This document shows, in pieces, positions 1-12,729 of a stretch of 64,000 nt of DNA. The position numbers and the translations under genes are program-made. The notes below the pieces were generated by a model. That model was not told where the DNA came from. It was given only the letters and a program-made list of their open reading frames with translations, and ran no database searches. Source of the DNA: Anthoceros angustus (Eukaryota > Plantae > Anthocerotophyta); contig VJWM01000119.1 of assembly GCA_010909165.1 (NCBI GenBank), positions 248,001 to 312,000 of the forward strand, in the 5' to 3' direction. The first letter of the stretch is position 1, and each line of letters begins with the position of its first letter.

Positions 1-779
1 GATCACCATGTTTTCGATACTTCATGGGGAATTAGACGGGTTGCTTATTAGACACAATTCGAAGATAGTTTTACTGAAATGGATAATTAAGCCTTTCTGA
101 AAGGCAAGAGGAGGGCCGTGGCACCGAACGTCCGGTACACACGGCAGAATGAATTACTTCCCTTGCTCCTTGCGTTTTCTATTCCATACGATTCCGAGTG
201 TGTACATGTGGATATGTTGGTTTGAAATTACTAGAATATTTATACTCAAATCCGAGTCGGTTCCTTGGAACACGATTTTTTTTAAATAGCATGGGCAGCG
301 TGTACAGCTTGCCTCAACCAATCTATAAAATAGCCTTCTGTCATTATTGTTGGTCAAGGGCGGGGTTTGCAACGAGGCATATATTCAGTACTAACGCTAC
401 AAATGTGCCGATTAAAAAAAATTGCCCACTGTGGCTGGATTTCGATAAAACACCGTGAAAAAGGCGTTTTTTTTCAAACCAGGTTCAATCCCAAGCTTTG
501 AGCAGGGTCCATTGTTGAAGTGAAGTAACGGATATGCTGACCATTTACGGCATAAGGATAATAATCATAGATCGTGTGATATGATAGGGTACCTATAATT
601 GAATAGTTGTACCTGTTCATTAGGGTTGTGTCCCTAGATAGTGAACATACATACCTTTTGGTTTTTGCTTAAGTTGTCTTTTTGTTTCATAATAACTTAA
701 CTTCTTTTTTTGATGGATACAATGTAATTATTTATTAATCTGTTTAATTGATCTACATACTGCTATAATTCGTTAATAA

Positions 780-1800
780 TCATCCTAAGGTTGAGAACAC
801 ACGGTTGCAAAGATAGAGTGGAAGCAAGGGTCTCCCAAACTTGGAGAGGATACGGGAAAATTGTTTGCACATCTGGGGTTTAGTTAGTAAGGATCTAAAG
901 ACTCGAGACCAGGTGTAGAAGAGATAGGTGGATTGCAATTCATTACGAACGGACCTACTAGAAGGAGGAGGCAAAAATTGGAAGAGAGAGTAGGTTGGGA
1001 GGCTTTCGGGACACAAGCCAAGCTTCTCGAGCCAAGTAGAAGATTGGGCATACCAGCAAGTCTTGCTATCTAAAAAGGCTAACTTCCGCGAGGACTGAAA
1101 ATTAAGGAGGAGGTATTGGGGAGTGGAGGTGGGGTTAGTGGACTAAGCTTCCTTTAAAGAATAGAGGCGCTATAGGAAGCTGGTTAGATGAAATAGACCC
1201 TCATTCTCAAGAGGGAAAGTGACAAACTAAGCAACAAAGATGGCCAAGGGGATGGACTTCTTACAGACGATTTGCGACCAAAGAAAGGATGTATGAACCC
1301 ATTCCACTTTGCTCCTGTCATCCTACGAAACACAGGGCCCTTAAACTCCACACAATACATAACAAAGGAAACAACAACTATATTGAACAACCACTACTAA
1401 GTGGGGATGTCCTTGACATGCATCCCAGAGCAATGCTTCCGAACCCCACATGCTAATAACAAGGTCTCCTAAGAAGTGGAGACAGGCTCCACTTTTTAGA
1501 GACCGAGGTCGTTTAGGCCAAATGTGACCTCTAAAATGAAAACGAAACCCTCTTTTAAGGGTTTGCCCTCAAACAAGACCCAAAAACACACTCTTCGGTG
1601 GGCCCACCTTTGTGAAAAGCACCTGCCAATTATAGGTCAATTTGGTGTGGGCTCTCATCGTCTCAGGATTAAAATTGATAGATGGTTGCATCCAAGGCCA
1701 CCTAAAGATACTAAAATATGCAGGTTACGCAATAGGGATGTTGAGACCGAGGAACACGTTCTTTTCTTCTGCCACATAATATGACGAATGCTTTTGCCAA
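780..1800. mobile_element. Degenerate non-LTR (LINE) retrotransposon ORF2 3' fragments
   Basis: The + frame 1524-1784 ends HRLRIKIDRW...ICRLRNRDVETEEHVLFFC, resembling the LINE C-terminal Cys/His motif. The minus-strand segment 780-1390 is stop-ridden and less certain. Confidence 0.55.
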
Positions 1801-2016
1801 CTTATTCACAGCACCTCGGTCTTGGCTCCGAAGTTTCTTCTCTTTTCCCGACCCTTTTCTTACAAGTGTATGCTTGAAACAAATGTGCAATTTCAGAATT
1901 GAGTATATATATCAAGCTGAGCCCTGAATCCCTAACAGGACCTTGAAGCCGAGGGTGTTGTGGGAATCCTTTGCGCCTCTCCTCGCCGGCGCCAGTGAGA
2001 TTCCGTTGCACCTAAG

Positions 2017-3595
2017 ATGAGACCTCCTGCTAGAGGTGGTAGCCGAGGCGGCTTCCGAGGCGGTGGTGGTCGAGGAGGAAGCGATGGGGGCGGGCGAGGA
2101 GGTCGGGGGGGCAGTCGCGGAGGGTTCGGAGGTGGCGGGAGGGGCAGGGGTGGAGGGGGAGACCGGGGAGGTGGTAGAGGAGGACGAGGAGGTAGAGGGG
2201 GAGGACGAGGTGGAGGAAGAGGTGGAATGAAGGGTGGCGCTAAGGTCATCATCGAGCCGCACCGGCACGAGGGTGTGTTTGTGGCCAAGGCCAAAGAAGA
2301 CGCTCTTGTTACCAAGAACCTCGTCAGCGGAGAGAGCGTGTATGGGGAGAAGAGGATCAGCGTTAACGTCAGTGTCTTCGTTTCTGCTTGTTGGCTGGAT
2401 GCTCTGAAGTTGTATCATTTTTTGATGGCTGGCTCCTGCAGAACGAAGATGGGGGCAAGATAGAGTACAGGGTGTGGAACCCTTTCCGTTCGAAGCTTGC
2501 GGCGGCCATTCTTGGTGGCGTCGATAATATTCACATTGTGAGTCCCGTGATGGATTAGTGTTGCTGCTGAGGGGATCGTCTGGTGGTAAAGCTTTTGTAT
2601 TTTGGTGAATAGGGTTAGGGTTTGACGGTTGGATTGGCTGCAGAAACCTGGGTCTCACGTGCTTTACCTTGGAGCTGCTTCAGGGACAACTGTGTCCCAT
2701 GTTTCTGACCTCATCGGTCCGGTAAGCTGCTCTTTGAAAAATAGAGATTTGGCGGCTAGCCAGGCATGTATGCATTCAGTTAGTAGGTTTGTCCGTGTAG
2801 CTTGAGAACTATATCCCTTTGTACCTTGCAGACAGGAATTGTCTATGCTGTGGAATTCTCGCATCGGAGTGGTCGAGATCTGGTGAACATGGCTAAGAAA
2901 CGGACTAATGTTATCCCTATCATTGAGGATGCGCGCCACCCTGCTAGATACCGAATGCTTGTTGGAATGGTTGATGTCATTTTTGCTGATGTTGCTCAAC
3001 CGGATCAGGTACGAGACATGTGTCAGTGCTTTGTCGATGCTGGTCGTCCTTTTAAAATTCGGTATAGATAGTGTGTGTTGTTCGACGTCGTGGATGATGA
3101 GATCTTGGATTCCCCTTCACCATCCTTGTGAGTGAAAATCCATATTCTGACACTAAAGGTTACCTACCTTTTGCCTTCGGTTTCGTACCCTTACAACTAT
3201 GCACTTCCTGTTTGAGGCGTCAATGCGTTGTATTCCATTTTATGCCCTTGCTATCTGTGAAGGCTCGAATTGTTGCTCTCAATGCGCACAACTTTTTGAA
3301 GAACGGAGGCCATTTCGTAATATCAATTAAGGTTATCTTTAGACTTCACCTACATACCTTCATCCATTTTTCCGAAGGAGAGCTTCCTTGCAGGTTCTAA
3401 CGTTTTGACTGTTTTGTGCAGGCCAATTGTATCGACTCGACAGTACCGGCTGAAGCAGTGTTTGCGGACGAAGTGAAGAAGTTACAAAAGGAACAGTTCA
3501 AACCATCAGAGCAAGTCACCTTGGAACCTTTCGAGAGGGATCATGCTTGTGTAATCGGCGGATACAGAGTGCCAAAGAAGACCAAGGCAGCCTGA
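2017..3595 (+). CDS. FIB: Fibrillarin (rRNA 2'-O-methyltransferase), 6 exons: 2017-2367, 2442-2537, 2644-2721, 2832-3008, 3263-3331, 3422-3595
   Basis: N-terminal RGG/GAR domain, then [62 protein letters not shown] and LEPFERDHA. All junctions are GT-AG and in frame. Confidence 0.97.
3090..3153 (+). ncRNA. Candidate intronic box C/D snoRNA in fibrillarin intron 4
   Basis: Box C ATGATGA 3094-3100, box D CTGA 3147-3150, GTG/CAC terminal stem and a C'-like TGAGTGA. The internal GGATTCCCCTT is antisense to the conserved 25S rRNA AAGGGGAAUCC (rRNA sequence recalled, not aligned). Confidence 0.75.
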
Positions 3596-4096
3596 GTCAC
3601 ATCATGCGGTGCTCGCACCAACGTAGCACCCGCCTCGCGCGGTGGCTAGCGAGTCGTTCTGTTCTCCAGTGCGTGAGAGTCGTTGTCTTTCACCCGATCG
3701 GAGATTCGGGATGTAATATTTATTTCGAGTTATTACCAATTTTGAGGAGGAAATTTCTCGAAGCAAATAGGTGACCAAGAATGGCCGGACACTCATATCT
3801 TTCCACATGATTTCTTATAATTATTTCAAAACTACCTGTACGGATACGGATTAAACAGGAGACATAATGAGACCGGTCATAGTGTAAAAGCAATTCGCTT
3901 CCATAAGTGACCGGTCGTCAGTGCTGCTTCGTGGCATTTACAGGCCGGTCGTAGTGTAAACCCACCATATCTATGACGCATTTCTCTTACCCAGATATGT
4001 GTCATAGAAATCCAAATTGAGCTGACGTTTCACAGCCTTTGGGACAAAAATCCAGACCAGAAAGGAAATTAGTAAGCAGAGGAAACGAGAGTCTGA

Positions 4097-4603
4097 TCAC
4101 GATTTGTCTTTGCTGATTTCAAAATCCATTGCATCGTTGGCAATGAACGGTTCTTGCTGAGGAGGTCCTACTATCGGAGGTGGCGTAACGGAAGGAGAAG
4201 GTTCTGCAGCCATGGGTTCCACAGGTGGGAATCCATTGCCTTCTGGTACCTCACTCGGCACCGCAACCGCGGCCTTCTGAGGCTGGTTCAAGGGCATGCT
4301 GAAACCCGGTCCGAATATCACACCACGCAAGACGGCATCTGTCTCCCCTATTCTCACAGTCAAAAAGTATCCAGCTTCGAAAGATCCATCAATCACTCCC
4401 GAGACACCCTGCCCTACATACCCCCCATCAAGAACTGGTGGAGGAAGGTCTGTCTTTTTCTTCCTCGGTCTCTTCTGCTTAGGCTCAGATTTTGGAGTGA
4501 CCGAGGCCTCATCCCCCTGCTTGGCAGCGATCTCAGACTTCCGCGGTCGACCACGCCCTCTTTTTGCCGGAATAGGTGTCTCTGGAAGAGAATTGCCTAC
4601 CAT
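4097..4603 (-). CDS. AT-hook protein, METABOLIC NETWORK MODULATOR 1-like, intronless CDS
   Basis: AT-hook KRGRGRPRK plus the conserved VGQGVSGVIDGSFEAGYFLTVRIG..LRGVIF domain. Confidence 0.85.
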   Translation of the reverse strand: MVGNSLPETPIPAKRGRGRPRKSEIAAKQGDEASVTPKSEPKQKRPRKKKTDLPPPVLDGGYVGQGVSGVIDGSFEAGYFLTVRIGETDAVLRGVIFGPGFSMPLNQPQKAAVAVPSEVPEGNGFPPVEPMAAEPSPSVTPPPIVGPPQQEPFIANDAMDFEISKDKS

Positions 4604-5442
4604 GCTGATGATCAGCAGCCAATATCTGTGGTGCTCAGGCGAGTGTCACCTAAATCTCTCCCATCTGGTTCAGACAGGTCATCAGCGAGGAACTACACCA
4701 ATCTTGAAAGACCAGCGGGCTAAATGCAGCAACTAGCGACATAAGAACAAACAACAACTGCATGCCACAGTCGCGGCAGAAAGAAAGTTTAAACCACAGA
4801 CGCATCTTTCCATCCCCTCACAGTCCCTCGACAGCAAGACGTGTTAACGCGAAATGAGGTCTGCTACCTCGCAATTCCCCGCATTCCTCCCCGGCACACT
4901 TCAGGCTCCAATTCTCGACAGCAAGGACGTAGCCAACCTCAGTCCGTACTGGCACCTCGAACACAAGCATAGGCCGAGCTCAAGCCAGAGATGCAGCCAG
5001 AGACAAAGGAGCGCCTCAGAATATGGCAAGCTCTGCTCCACAATGCTGATGAATCCGAAGCCGATCGATCGCCAAACAAGCTTGTTTCTCAACCTTGCGC
5101 AAGAAGGCAGTCTGCAGCCTTTCCCGGCTTCGGACAGCGCTTTGTCTTCCAAGAAGAAAGAAGCCTGCATCAGAGACCCTCTTCACACGGCGCTCTTACC
5201 CCCCAAACACGATGGAAAATATCTTTCAAGATATCTGAATAATGATCCTATAGGAGAGCCCGTTGGCCACGCCATCGTTGCCGCTGCGCTACCCTCGGCA
5301 ACTCCGCTGACGATTTCGCTGGGAGCCTCTGATTGCATCGTTGCCTTGCTGCTGCAACGCACATTTGCCCTGCCTGAGCTCGCCGATCGTGAAGAGCATT
5401 TTCTGAGGGAGGTTGCGATTCGAATCACTGCCTCGGAGCAGC

Positions 5443-7351
5443 ATGGTGGAGGCAAACGGGCTCTTCACCACCGGCGTCAAGAAGGCTCCCGCAGGGCGTC
5501 CCCAGCGGGACGTGTCGGCGTACGGCGTGGTGCAAGCTAGCAGATTGAAGCACCGGCCGCCGCTGCCCAGCGTTCTGCAGGGCCCGTTCAAGGTGGTGCA
5601 TGGCCCCGCTTCAACTGCGGCTGGGAATCCTGGTGGGCTGTCTCATTTTCTTGCAATGCGCGTCCTGCTGCCTCAAAATGTGGGCTTGGTTGGGCAGGGA
5701 GGTGTAAAGCCTCTGCCACGGGGTTGTCGTAGCCAACGAGGGGTTGTGGGCGAGTAGGCTGAGTGTAATGCGCACTGTGTAGGCTCCCGGTTCCCTGCTT
5801 GCATGTTCTTGAAGCTGACAAGAAGGGTTTGTTCCCGCAGAGGAGATTGCGAAACTGTTCCCGAATTTGTACGGACAGCCATCCGCGCAGATTGTGGCTA
5901 GTGAGCTGCACGTGTTGGATACTGACCGAAAATTGAAGCTGGGAGTAGTGCTCTCTGGAGGACAGGCACCTGGAGGGCATAATGTTATTGCTGGAATCTT
6001 CGACTATCTGCAGACACATGCCAGTGGGAGTGTGCTCTACGGTTTCAGAGGAGGGCCGGCTGGTATCATGAGGAACAAGGTGGTGGAGATCACGGATGAT
6101 TTTCTGTTCCCTTATCGCAATCAGGGGGGTTTCGACATTATTTGCAGTGGCAGGGACAAGATTGAGACTGCAGAGCAGTTCAAGCAGGCAGAGGACACTG
6201 TTGTGAAGCTGGACCTGGATGGTGTTGTGGTCATTGGTGGTGATGATTCCAACACCAATGCCTGCCTGCTTGCTGAATACTTCAGGCAGAGGAACTTGAA
6301 GACACGAGTAATTGGCTGCCCCAAGACCATTGATGGTGACCTCAAGAGCAGCCAGGTGCCTACCAGTTTTGGGTTCGACACTGCATGCAAGATTTACTCT
6401 GAGCTGATTGGCAACGTTATGGTGGATGCTCGATCTACAGGCAAATATTATCATTTTGTGAGGTTGATGGGCCGTGCTGCTTCACACATCACTCTGGAAT
6501 GTGCTCTTCAAACACACCCAAATGTTGCTCTGATTGGTGAAGAGGTTGCTCTGCATCAGAGTACCCTAAAGCAGGTCACTAACCATCTAGCAGATGTTGT
6601 GTGTCAACGGGCTGAACGTGGTCAGAACTTTGGAGTTATTCTCATTCCGGAGGGCCTCATTGACTTCATTCCTGAGATACAGCGTCTCATAGCTGAACTG
6701 AATGAGCTTCTTGCGCATGACAGCGTGGACGAAGAAGGCAAGTGGAAGCTGAAACTGAGCACCGAGAGTCGCCAGCTTTTTGAATTGCTGCCTGGCGGGA
6801 TCCAAGAGGATCTTCTGTTGGAGAGAGATCCCCATGGGAACGTCCAGGTTGCTCGGATTGAAACCGAAAAGATGCTCATCACCATGGTGGAAACTGAGCT
6901 TTTGGCCAGGAAGCAGGATGGCAAATACTCAGGCTCGTTCAAGGGGCAGTCTCACTTTTTTGGATATGAAGGCCGGTGTGGAATGCCCACAAATTTCGAT
7001 GCTGCCTACTGCAACGCATTAGGGTATGCCGCTGCTGTGCTGCTGCATGCTGGCCAAACTGGACTGATTGCGTCTGTGGGCAACTTGCTGGCACCAGCCA
7101 AGGACTGGACTGTTGGGGGCACTGCTCTGACCGAGCTTATGGATGTGGAGCGAAGGAAGGGGAAGAACAAACCTGTGATCAAGAAGGCAATGGTTGAGCT
7201 GGATGGGGCGCCTTTCAAAAAGTTTGCTGCCGTGCGAGATGTATGGGCCAAGGAAAACAAATATCGGTGTCCAGGCCCAATACAGTTCACAGGACCCACC
7301 TCAGACGACACCAACTTCACTTTGATGCTTGAGCTTGGGGGAGATGTGTGA
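5443..7351 (+). CDS. PFP-beta: Pyrophosphate:fructose-6-phosphate 1-phosphotransferase beta subunit; exons 5443-5632, 5841-7351
   Basis: GVVLSGGQAPGGHNV, IGGDDSNTNA, PKTIDGD, VRLMGRAASH and HFFGYEGR. Exon 1 splices in frame (AGNP|EEIAKLFPNLYGQP). Confidence 0.95.
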
Positions 7352-7539
7352 AGCGAAGTGCGGTAGCTACTTTGATTTCGTCGGTCAGGGCTGTTCCCTA
7401 CCTGGATTTGGCTGAAACGCGGCGTCCCTGGTCTCCAGTGCAGTTATGAGCTAGGTTCTCCGTCGAAGCCTTTCACACTCAAGAAGTTGTACAGGAACTT
7501 TATTTACACAGTTCTGAATGCTGTGTAGGTATCAAATGT

Positions 7540-8978
7540 CTAAGAATTCTGGTCAGATTGATCTCTCGAAGTCTCGGGAGTTTGATTTGTCGAATTCTCT
7601 GCAGGTGGTTTTGTTTTGGAAACGATGAAACGCTTCATATCGCGCAAGAGCGCCAAGGTCGGAGGTGCACCATGATGATCGCCCATCAGAAAGAAACAAT
7701 GCCCCACGTTTTCATACATCTTGACCTCGACATCCTTCCCAGCTGCTCTCAAACTCTCTGCGTAGTCCTTGTCTCTGTCTTGCAGTATATCCCATCCCGC
7801 AACAACAATGAAGGATGGTGGTAAGTTGACACCAGAGATTTCCGCTCCATTCGGACCTATGACGTTGCACGCTGAGTGGTTTCTGTCGGCACCTTGTGGA
7901 AGGAATGCCTTCCAGTACCAATCCGTGGCAGCCACGGATATGATGGGTGCGTCTCTGAGATGCCGCTCTGCCGGGCTCCTGGTCTCGCCACCAAAGAACG
8001 GCTGCAAACAGCATGTAACTTGGTCATGTTGTTGCTGATAATGATTCAGAAAAAGCAATCACACTGGTCCTAAGATGATACTCAAGAGGATGCATAGCTC
8101 AGTGCTGTTACCTGCAGCAAGACGAGGCCAGATATGGACAGGGGTAACAGTTCGTCAGCCATGCCTGCAGCCTTCACTCCCATGTGATGCACAATGTTTC
8201 CGCCAGCACTGTCCCCCATCAAAAAGCAATTCCCCACATCTGCACTGGGTGGCAGGTCATTCGCACTGTTGGTTTGGAGCCATTTCAAGGCCTTGAAGCT
8301 GTCTTCATAGGCCACAGGACACTTGAACTCAGGGGCCCTTCGGTAATGCACTGAGACGACGATCACCTGCCACACCATCACAAGCTAAGACTGAACAAAG
8401 CCGAGGATAATGCAAACAAGATTAGCAACAGGAAGGCTCGCAAGAAAAGATCACCTCGAATTCCCTCGCGATACTTCTACAGAAGCGATCATATGCAATG
8501 AAATAAGGGGTTAGAATACAGAATCCTCCTCCATGGTAGTACACCACCACCGGGAACTTTTTTCCCGGGGCCTGATCTGTGCTCTCTGCAGCAACCGGGA
8601 CGAAGAGACGAACCCCGATCTCTGTCTCCGGCTCAATAGTCACATCCCTCGTCCACACTCCGTTCTCTGGGGTCCGGTTCGCTGGGACACGAGGCTCAAA
8701 GAAATCTGCAATGCGGCGGTTGATTGTGCCATCTCTGTTGCGTGCAAGCGCCGATGTAAATTTCATAAGCCAAGACGTCACCCGAACCTTGCAAGGGACA
8801 GGTAGCCCCCACCTGCACAGCAACCAGAGGAGAACATTTCAGCGAACTGGTAGTGGAAAAGGAAGAAGAGTCATCCAGCAACCTATGGAACAGCTGCAGC
8901 GAACTGGCAGTGGAAACGGAAGAAGAGCCATCCAGCAACCTATGGAACAGCTGCAGTGAGCACTTACCGGCCGTCCAT
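7540..8978 (-). CDS. Carboxylesterase (CXE, HSL-type alpha/beta hydrolase, CXE18-like); exons 8978-8968, 8812-8455, 8366-8112, 8001-7540
   Basis: Oxyanion HGGGF, nucleophile GDSAGG, Asp in AGWDIL and His in VGHCFF give a complete triad. An 11-nt first coding exon (MDGR) splices in frame. Confidence 0.9.
8841..8956. repeat. 57-bp tandem duplication inside CXE intron 1
   Basis: agcgaactgg(t/c)agtggaaa.ggaagaagag.catccagcaacctatggaacagctgc occurs twice in tandem. Confidence 0.85.
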
Positions 8979-10403
8979 GTTTGACGTCACCGAAATCGTT
9001 CACCAGCCTCCAGCAGAACCGAGCAAGAGACTTCTGGCCGCGCGAGATGTTTGCTGCCGGCTGCGGAGGAGTCTAGCCGGTAGAGATGCCTCTGGAAAGT
9101 TGTGGATCCTAAGAGCACCGAATTCAGACAGGATGGAGGAGCAAGATAGAGACCAAGGGCGTCCTTGAAAGCGCTGCCGAGCAACCACATTCTCACCGCC
9201 AAATGGGAAAGCAACAGCAGAACCGGACAGTGTACCAGCTCGATGTCGATCACCAACAATTCGCGTTGCATCCAACCGAACTTGTGTACTGGGCTGGGGA
9301 ACAGATATAGACATAAAAATCGAAAACAAGTGGCACAAGTTGGTAAAACGTTAACTTTATAATAACTTTTGTAAATGTATGATCATAAAGTACTATAGGT
9401 AGCCAAGGTCCAACAGTCCAACATTACTCTCGATTGCCTCATTCCATCAACAGATACTACCGCTATGAGTAGAAACAATGGAATCGCTTCCTCGAGCTGG
9501 AGCTGTGGCTGGTTCGCGAGTACGAGGGACTCACATTCACACACCATTGGAAGGTTAGAGCAAAATTCACTTTACTTCACTTCAAATATGGAGCTGAAAG
9601 ATGAGTTCCAGGTTCAAGACAGCATAGCCACAAGGTGTGGTGACCTCAAAAGCCCTGGATCTAGCTGACCATCCCTGTTGAAATCACGTACATGCTCAAT
9701 GACAAATCAGAACATGTTTCACCTGCAATACGCGACAACCACTCACCTCTGCCCTTCTATGCTCAAAAGGGTTAAGTATCGCGCAAAAGCTGCATGATGA
9801 GGGTTCTATCTTTGCATGACTCCTCACTAAGTGTGCCAAGCTCCGCCATCGCTTCGTCAAAGGCCTGCAACTCAAGGAAGTTCACAAGTAAACGTGCCCC
9901 TTGCAACTTTTGCAACCCTAATTGCATCACCATACCCCGTCGTATTTGACTTCCATTTTGAGTCGAATCGCGGGGGCTAATCCCCCTTGGCCTGGTGCCC
10001 TATGAGGGTTGTTCCCCTTTGTCTCGGGGTAGATGGGATTTCCCATCGTTTTTTCTTACACTAAAGTCTTCACGTTCCTTTTGAGTCTAATAAAATGCTT
10101 CATTATCCGAGATATCTCTTTCGACTTATTATACGACTTTGAAAAGTCGGAAAAAAAATGCAATTGTTGCCGCACTAAAAAGCTTTTTACACACACCCGT
10201 GGTCTTCTTGAAACAACACAAGCTCTACGACACAAGCTCTGCCCCCCTTGCGCATTTAAGTTTGAGGGCCCTTAATGGGTTATGTTTTCCGGGAGAAAGA
10301 GTCCGTCGAGATATTCAATAAAGTGGATTCTTATTAGAAAGATAAAAGGGCGGTTACATTATCTTATAGTCTAAAATATCATTATCATCCAAAATCTAAA
10401 ATC

Positions 10404-12036
10404 TTACACAGGTTCATATGTGATATAGGCTTTGCCTATAGTAATTGGATTGTCTGGTGTATGTTGGACTCCTGCAACAATGGTCACAACAATCTCATCT
10501 AAGTCATTAGCACCTAGTTCAGCTAACTTAAGACTCAACCCAACACGGCATAATGTCCTATTCGCAGCAGGAATCGTGTTTGCGATATTGCCCCATACAC
10601 CAGAGAACTCCGCACAACCTAAGTTACTCTCTGCGTCTGAAGCATTAGGAAACAACAAGAAGGCGCGGATCAAGGCTGGTTTGTACCAATCCATTTGGAT
10701 ACCCTCAAAGACAAGCACTTCCGTCACATTTGAGTCACTGGAAGTTTGATTACTTTGTGGCCTTGCAATTCGTAATACAGCAGGCGAACGCCAAATAACT
10801 TGAACATTCTTTTCGTCATACATCGGTATAGAGTTTATCCAAGCCAATTTGTCATCGGTAGATGCAAAGTTTGAGCATATTTTGGGCTTGAATTCATACC
10901 ACTTTTTATCACCATTGTTAGGCGCCTTTTCATAGTTGTAGCGAAGTTGAGTCTTAGCATTCACGCCTTGGTTGACTTTAACAATACGGGCTCGGCTTTT
11001 CATTGTAAAAGGAACTACGAATTGATAATGTCAGGTCGATTTCCACCCGCCAATCGCCAAAACTTTTCCATACATCCCACAAACGATCAATATTGGCATG
11101 ATGTGCGAAGAATACCGGATCGTTAGCACTTGCAGCAAGAGATCCCATATCGATGGTTCCATCCTCATAGAGGTTGCCAGCCCAAGTATGCACTGAGTCA
11201 TGCATACTTGCCTCTATCAGTCCTTGTCCAGATGCCAAAGGGTCTGTGATGGTTGGATCTCCAGATCGGAAGGGCTGTCCATACAATAAAAGCCTTGTGG
11301 TGGAACCCGTAACCATGGCCAAATGCATAACAGCTAAATTGTTTGTACGCAATTCTTTGGTATTTTCTTGTAGGTCATGAACAAAAGGAGGTGTCTCCTG
11401 TGAATCCTCCTGAAATGAGAGATTAGCAATGGCAGGCCGTATATGGTTTAGATTTCGATGAATATCTCTCAATGACTCATAAATTACAAATGGAGCTGGA
11501 AATGCATTGGGAAGAGATGCAATATCTTGGTTATCCCAATTCCAATAGGATAACGCAAATGTCGTGTCATTTAGTAAGGAGGCAAGAATCCGTTCATGAA
11601 AATACAGAAACCAACGATGCCAAGATAAAAAAAACCAAGTATAATGAACTTGCATCTTTGCGAAATCGCCTGTGCTTGGATCTGTCCATGGAAGAGGAAG
11701 CTCCAAGCCACAATAAGCACAATGGATCCTTCGTTGATTCTCAAAGCTTCGAGGATCATCTTGTGGAAGAGCTCGCATTAATTCATAAGCTTTGGCAAGT
11801 CGTTGTTGCTCTGCAAGAGTCAAAAGATGTGCAGGACGTCGCATCCGTATCGTTGGAAGTTCCTCCGCAGTTGGATTCGTGAAAAGAATGGGAGTAGGCT
11901 CACAAACGCTTACAGGACAACATTCATCATTGTTACATTCTGAAAAGTCGGGAGCTAACACAGGATCGGCATCTCCAAACAACACAAATGCAGAAATACT
12001 AAAGACTATAAACAAAAACTTATTTGCAAACTTCAT
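10404..12036 (-). pseudogene. PPO: Polyphenol oxidase copy A, frameshifted at ~10980-11040 (pseudogene or assembly error)
   Basis: Signal peptide MKFANKFLFIVFSISAFVLFGDA, CuA HCAYC..HYTWFFLSWHRW and CuB HDSVH..DPVFFAHHANIDR. The C-terminal domain is in a second frame, with several small indels versus copy B. Confidence 0.88.
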
Positions 12037-12249
12037 TCTTGAGAAGAAGTGCACACTTCACGCAGTCTCTCAGCCCTGGCACTAAGCCCACTCCGTGGAA
12101 GGATTCTGCAAACTAGTGTCTCTCTTCCCTTATTATAGCATCTACTTATTAGTTATCGTATTCAATACGTTACCGGATCACAAATTTGCTTTCATGCTTT
12201 GCTTGTGCGAAGTATGAAATCATGAAATGTAGAAAAAGGGGCGAGGGGA

Positions 12250-12720
12250 CAGATTGGTGTGGCGATCATTATCTTGGGGTGCTCTTACGATTTGCTCATA
12301 CACGAACTTCTTATGGCGATCTCTACTAGCCTGTCTTCTCTGCAGCTGGCAGAACAGACCGCACAGGAGTCGCTTGCTCCATTCTGCTCGAGGCTGGTGA
12401 ATGATTTCGGTGACAGTCAACGTGGACCAGTAAGTGGTCTCTACACAACCATTCCGCAGATTGCTGGACGGCTCTTCTAGTTGCGTTTCCAGCTGCTAGT
12501 TCGCTGAAGTGATGTCCTCTAGTTGCTGCGCCGGAGCCGTGGAATCCGGGTTTCTCTCCCAAGCTTCGGATGATATCTGTTATTATGAATTTTACAACGG
12601 GGCTTGCACGGAACAAGGATGGCACGATCAAGCGCGGCCTGGCACATCCATTGGAGACCCGTGTCCCAGCAGAAGCGAAGCTGGAGGAGGGAAGAATTGA
12701 AGATCACCGATTTCGCATGG
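12250..12720 (+). pseudogene. 5' CXE fragment, head-to-head with PPO copy A, truncated by a LINE
   Basis: NFTTGLARNKDGTIKRGLAHPLETRVPA is homologous to CXE exon 2. The start appears mutated (cgtggaccagtaagt), and upstream sequence matches 8960-9150 reversed. Confidence 0.75.
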
Positions 12721-12729
12721 CAGCCACAG

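Noticed and set aside
1912-2658. Ser/Pro-rich antisense ORFs
   Set aside because: They are shadows of the fibrillarin GAR repeat.
4854-5540. 228-aa ORF upstream of PFP-beta
   Set aside because: It has no recognisable domain and overlaps PFP exon 1 in another frame. It is likely promoter/UTR sequence between divergent genes.
7540-8978. GID1 gibberellin receptor
   Set aside because: The catalytic His (VGHCFF) is retained and the GID1 N-terminal lid motifs are not evident, so it is an ordinary CXE.
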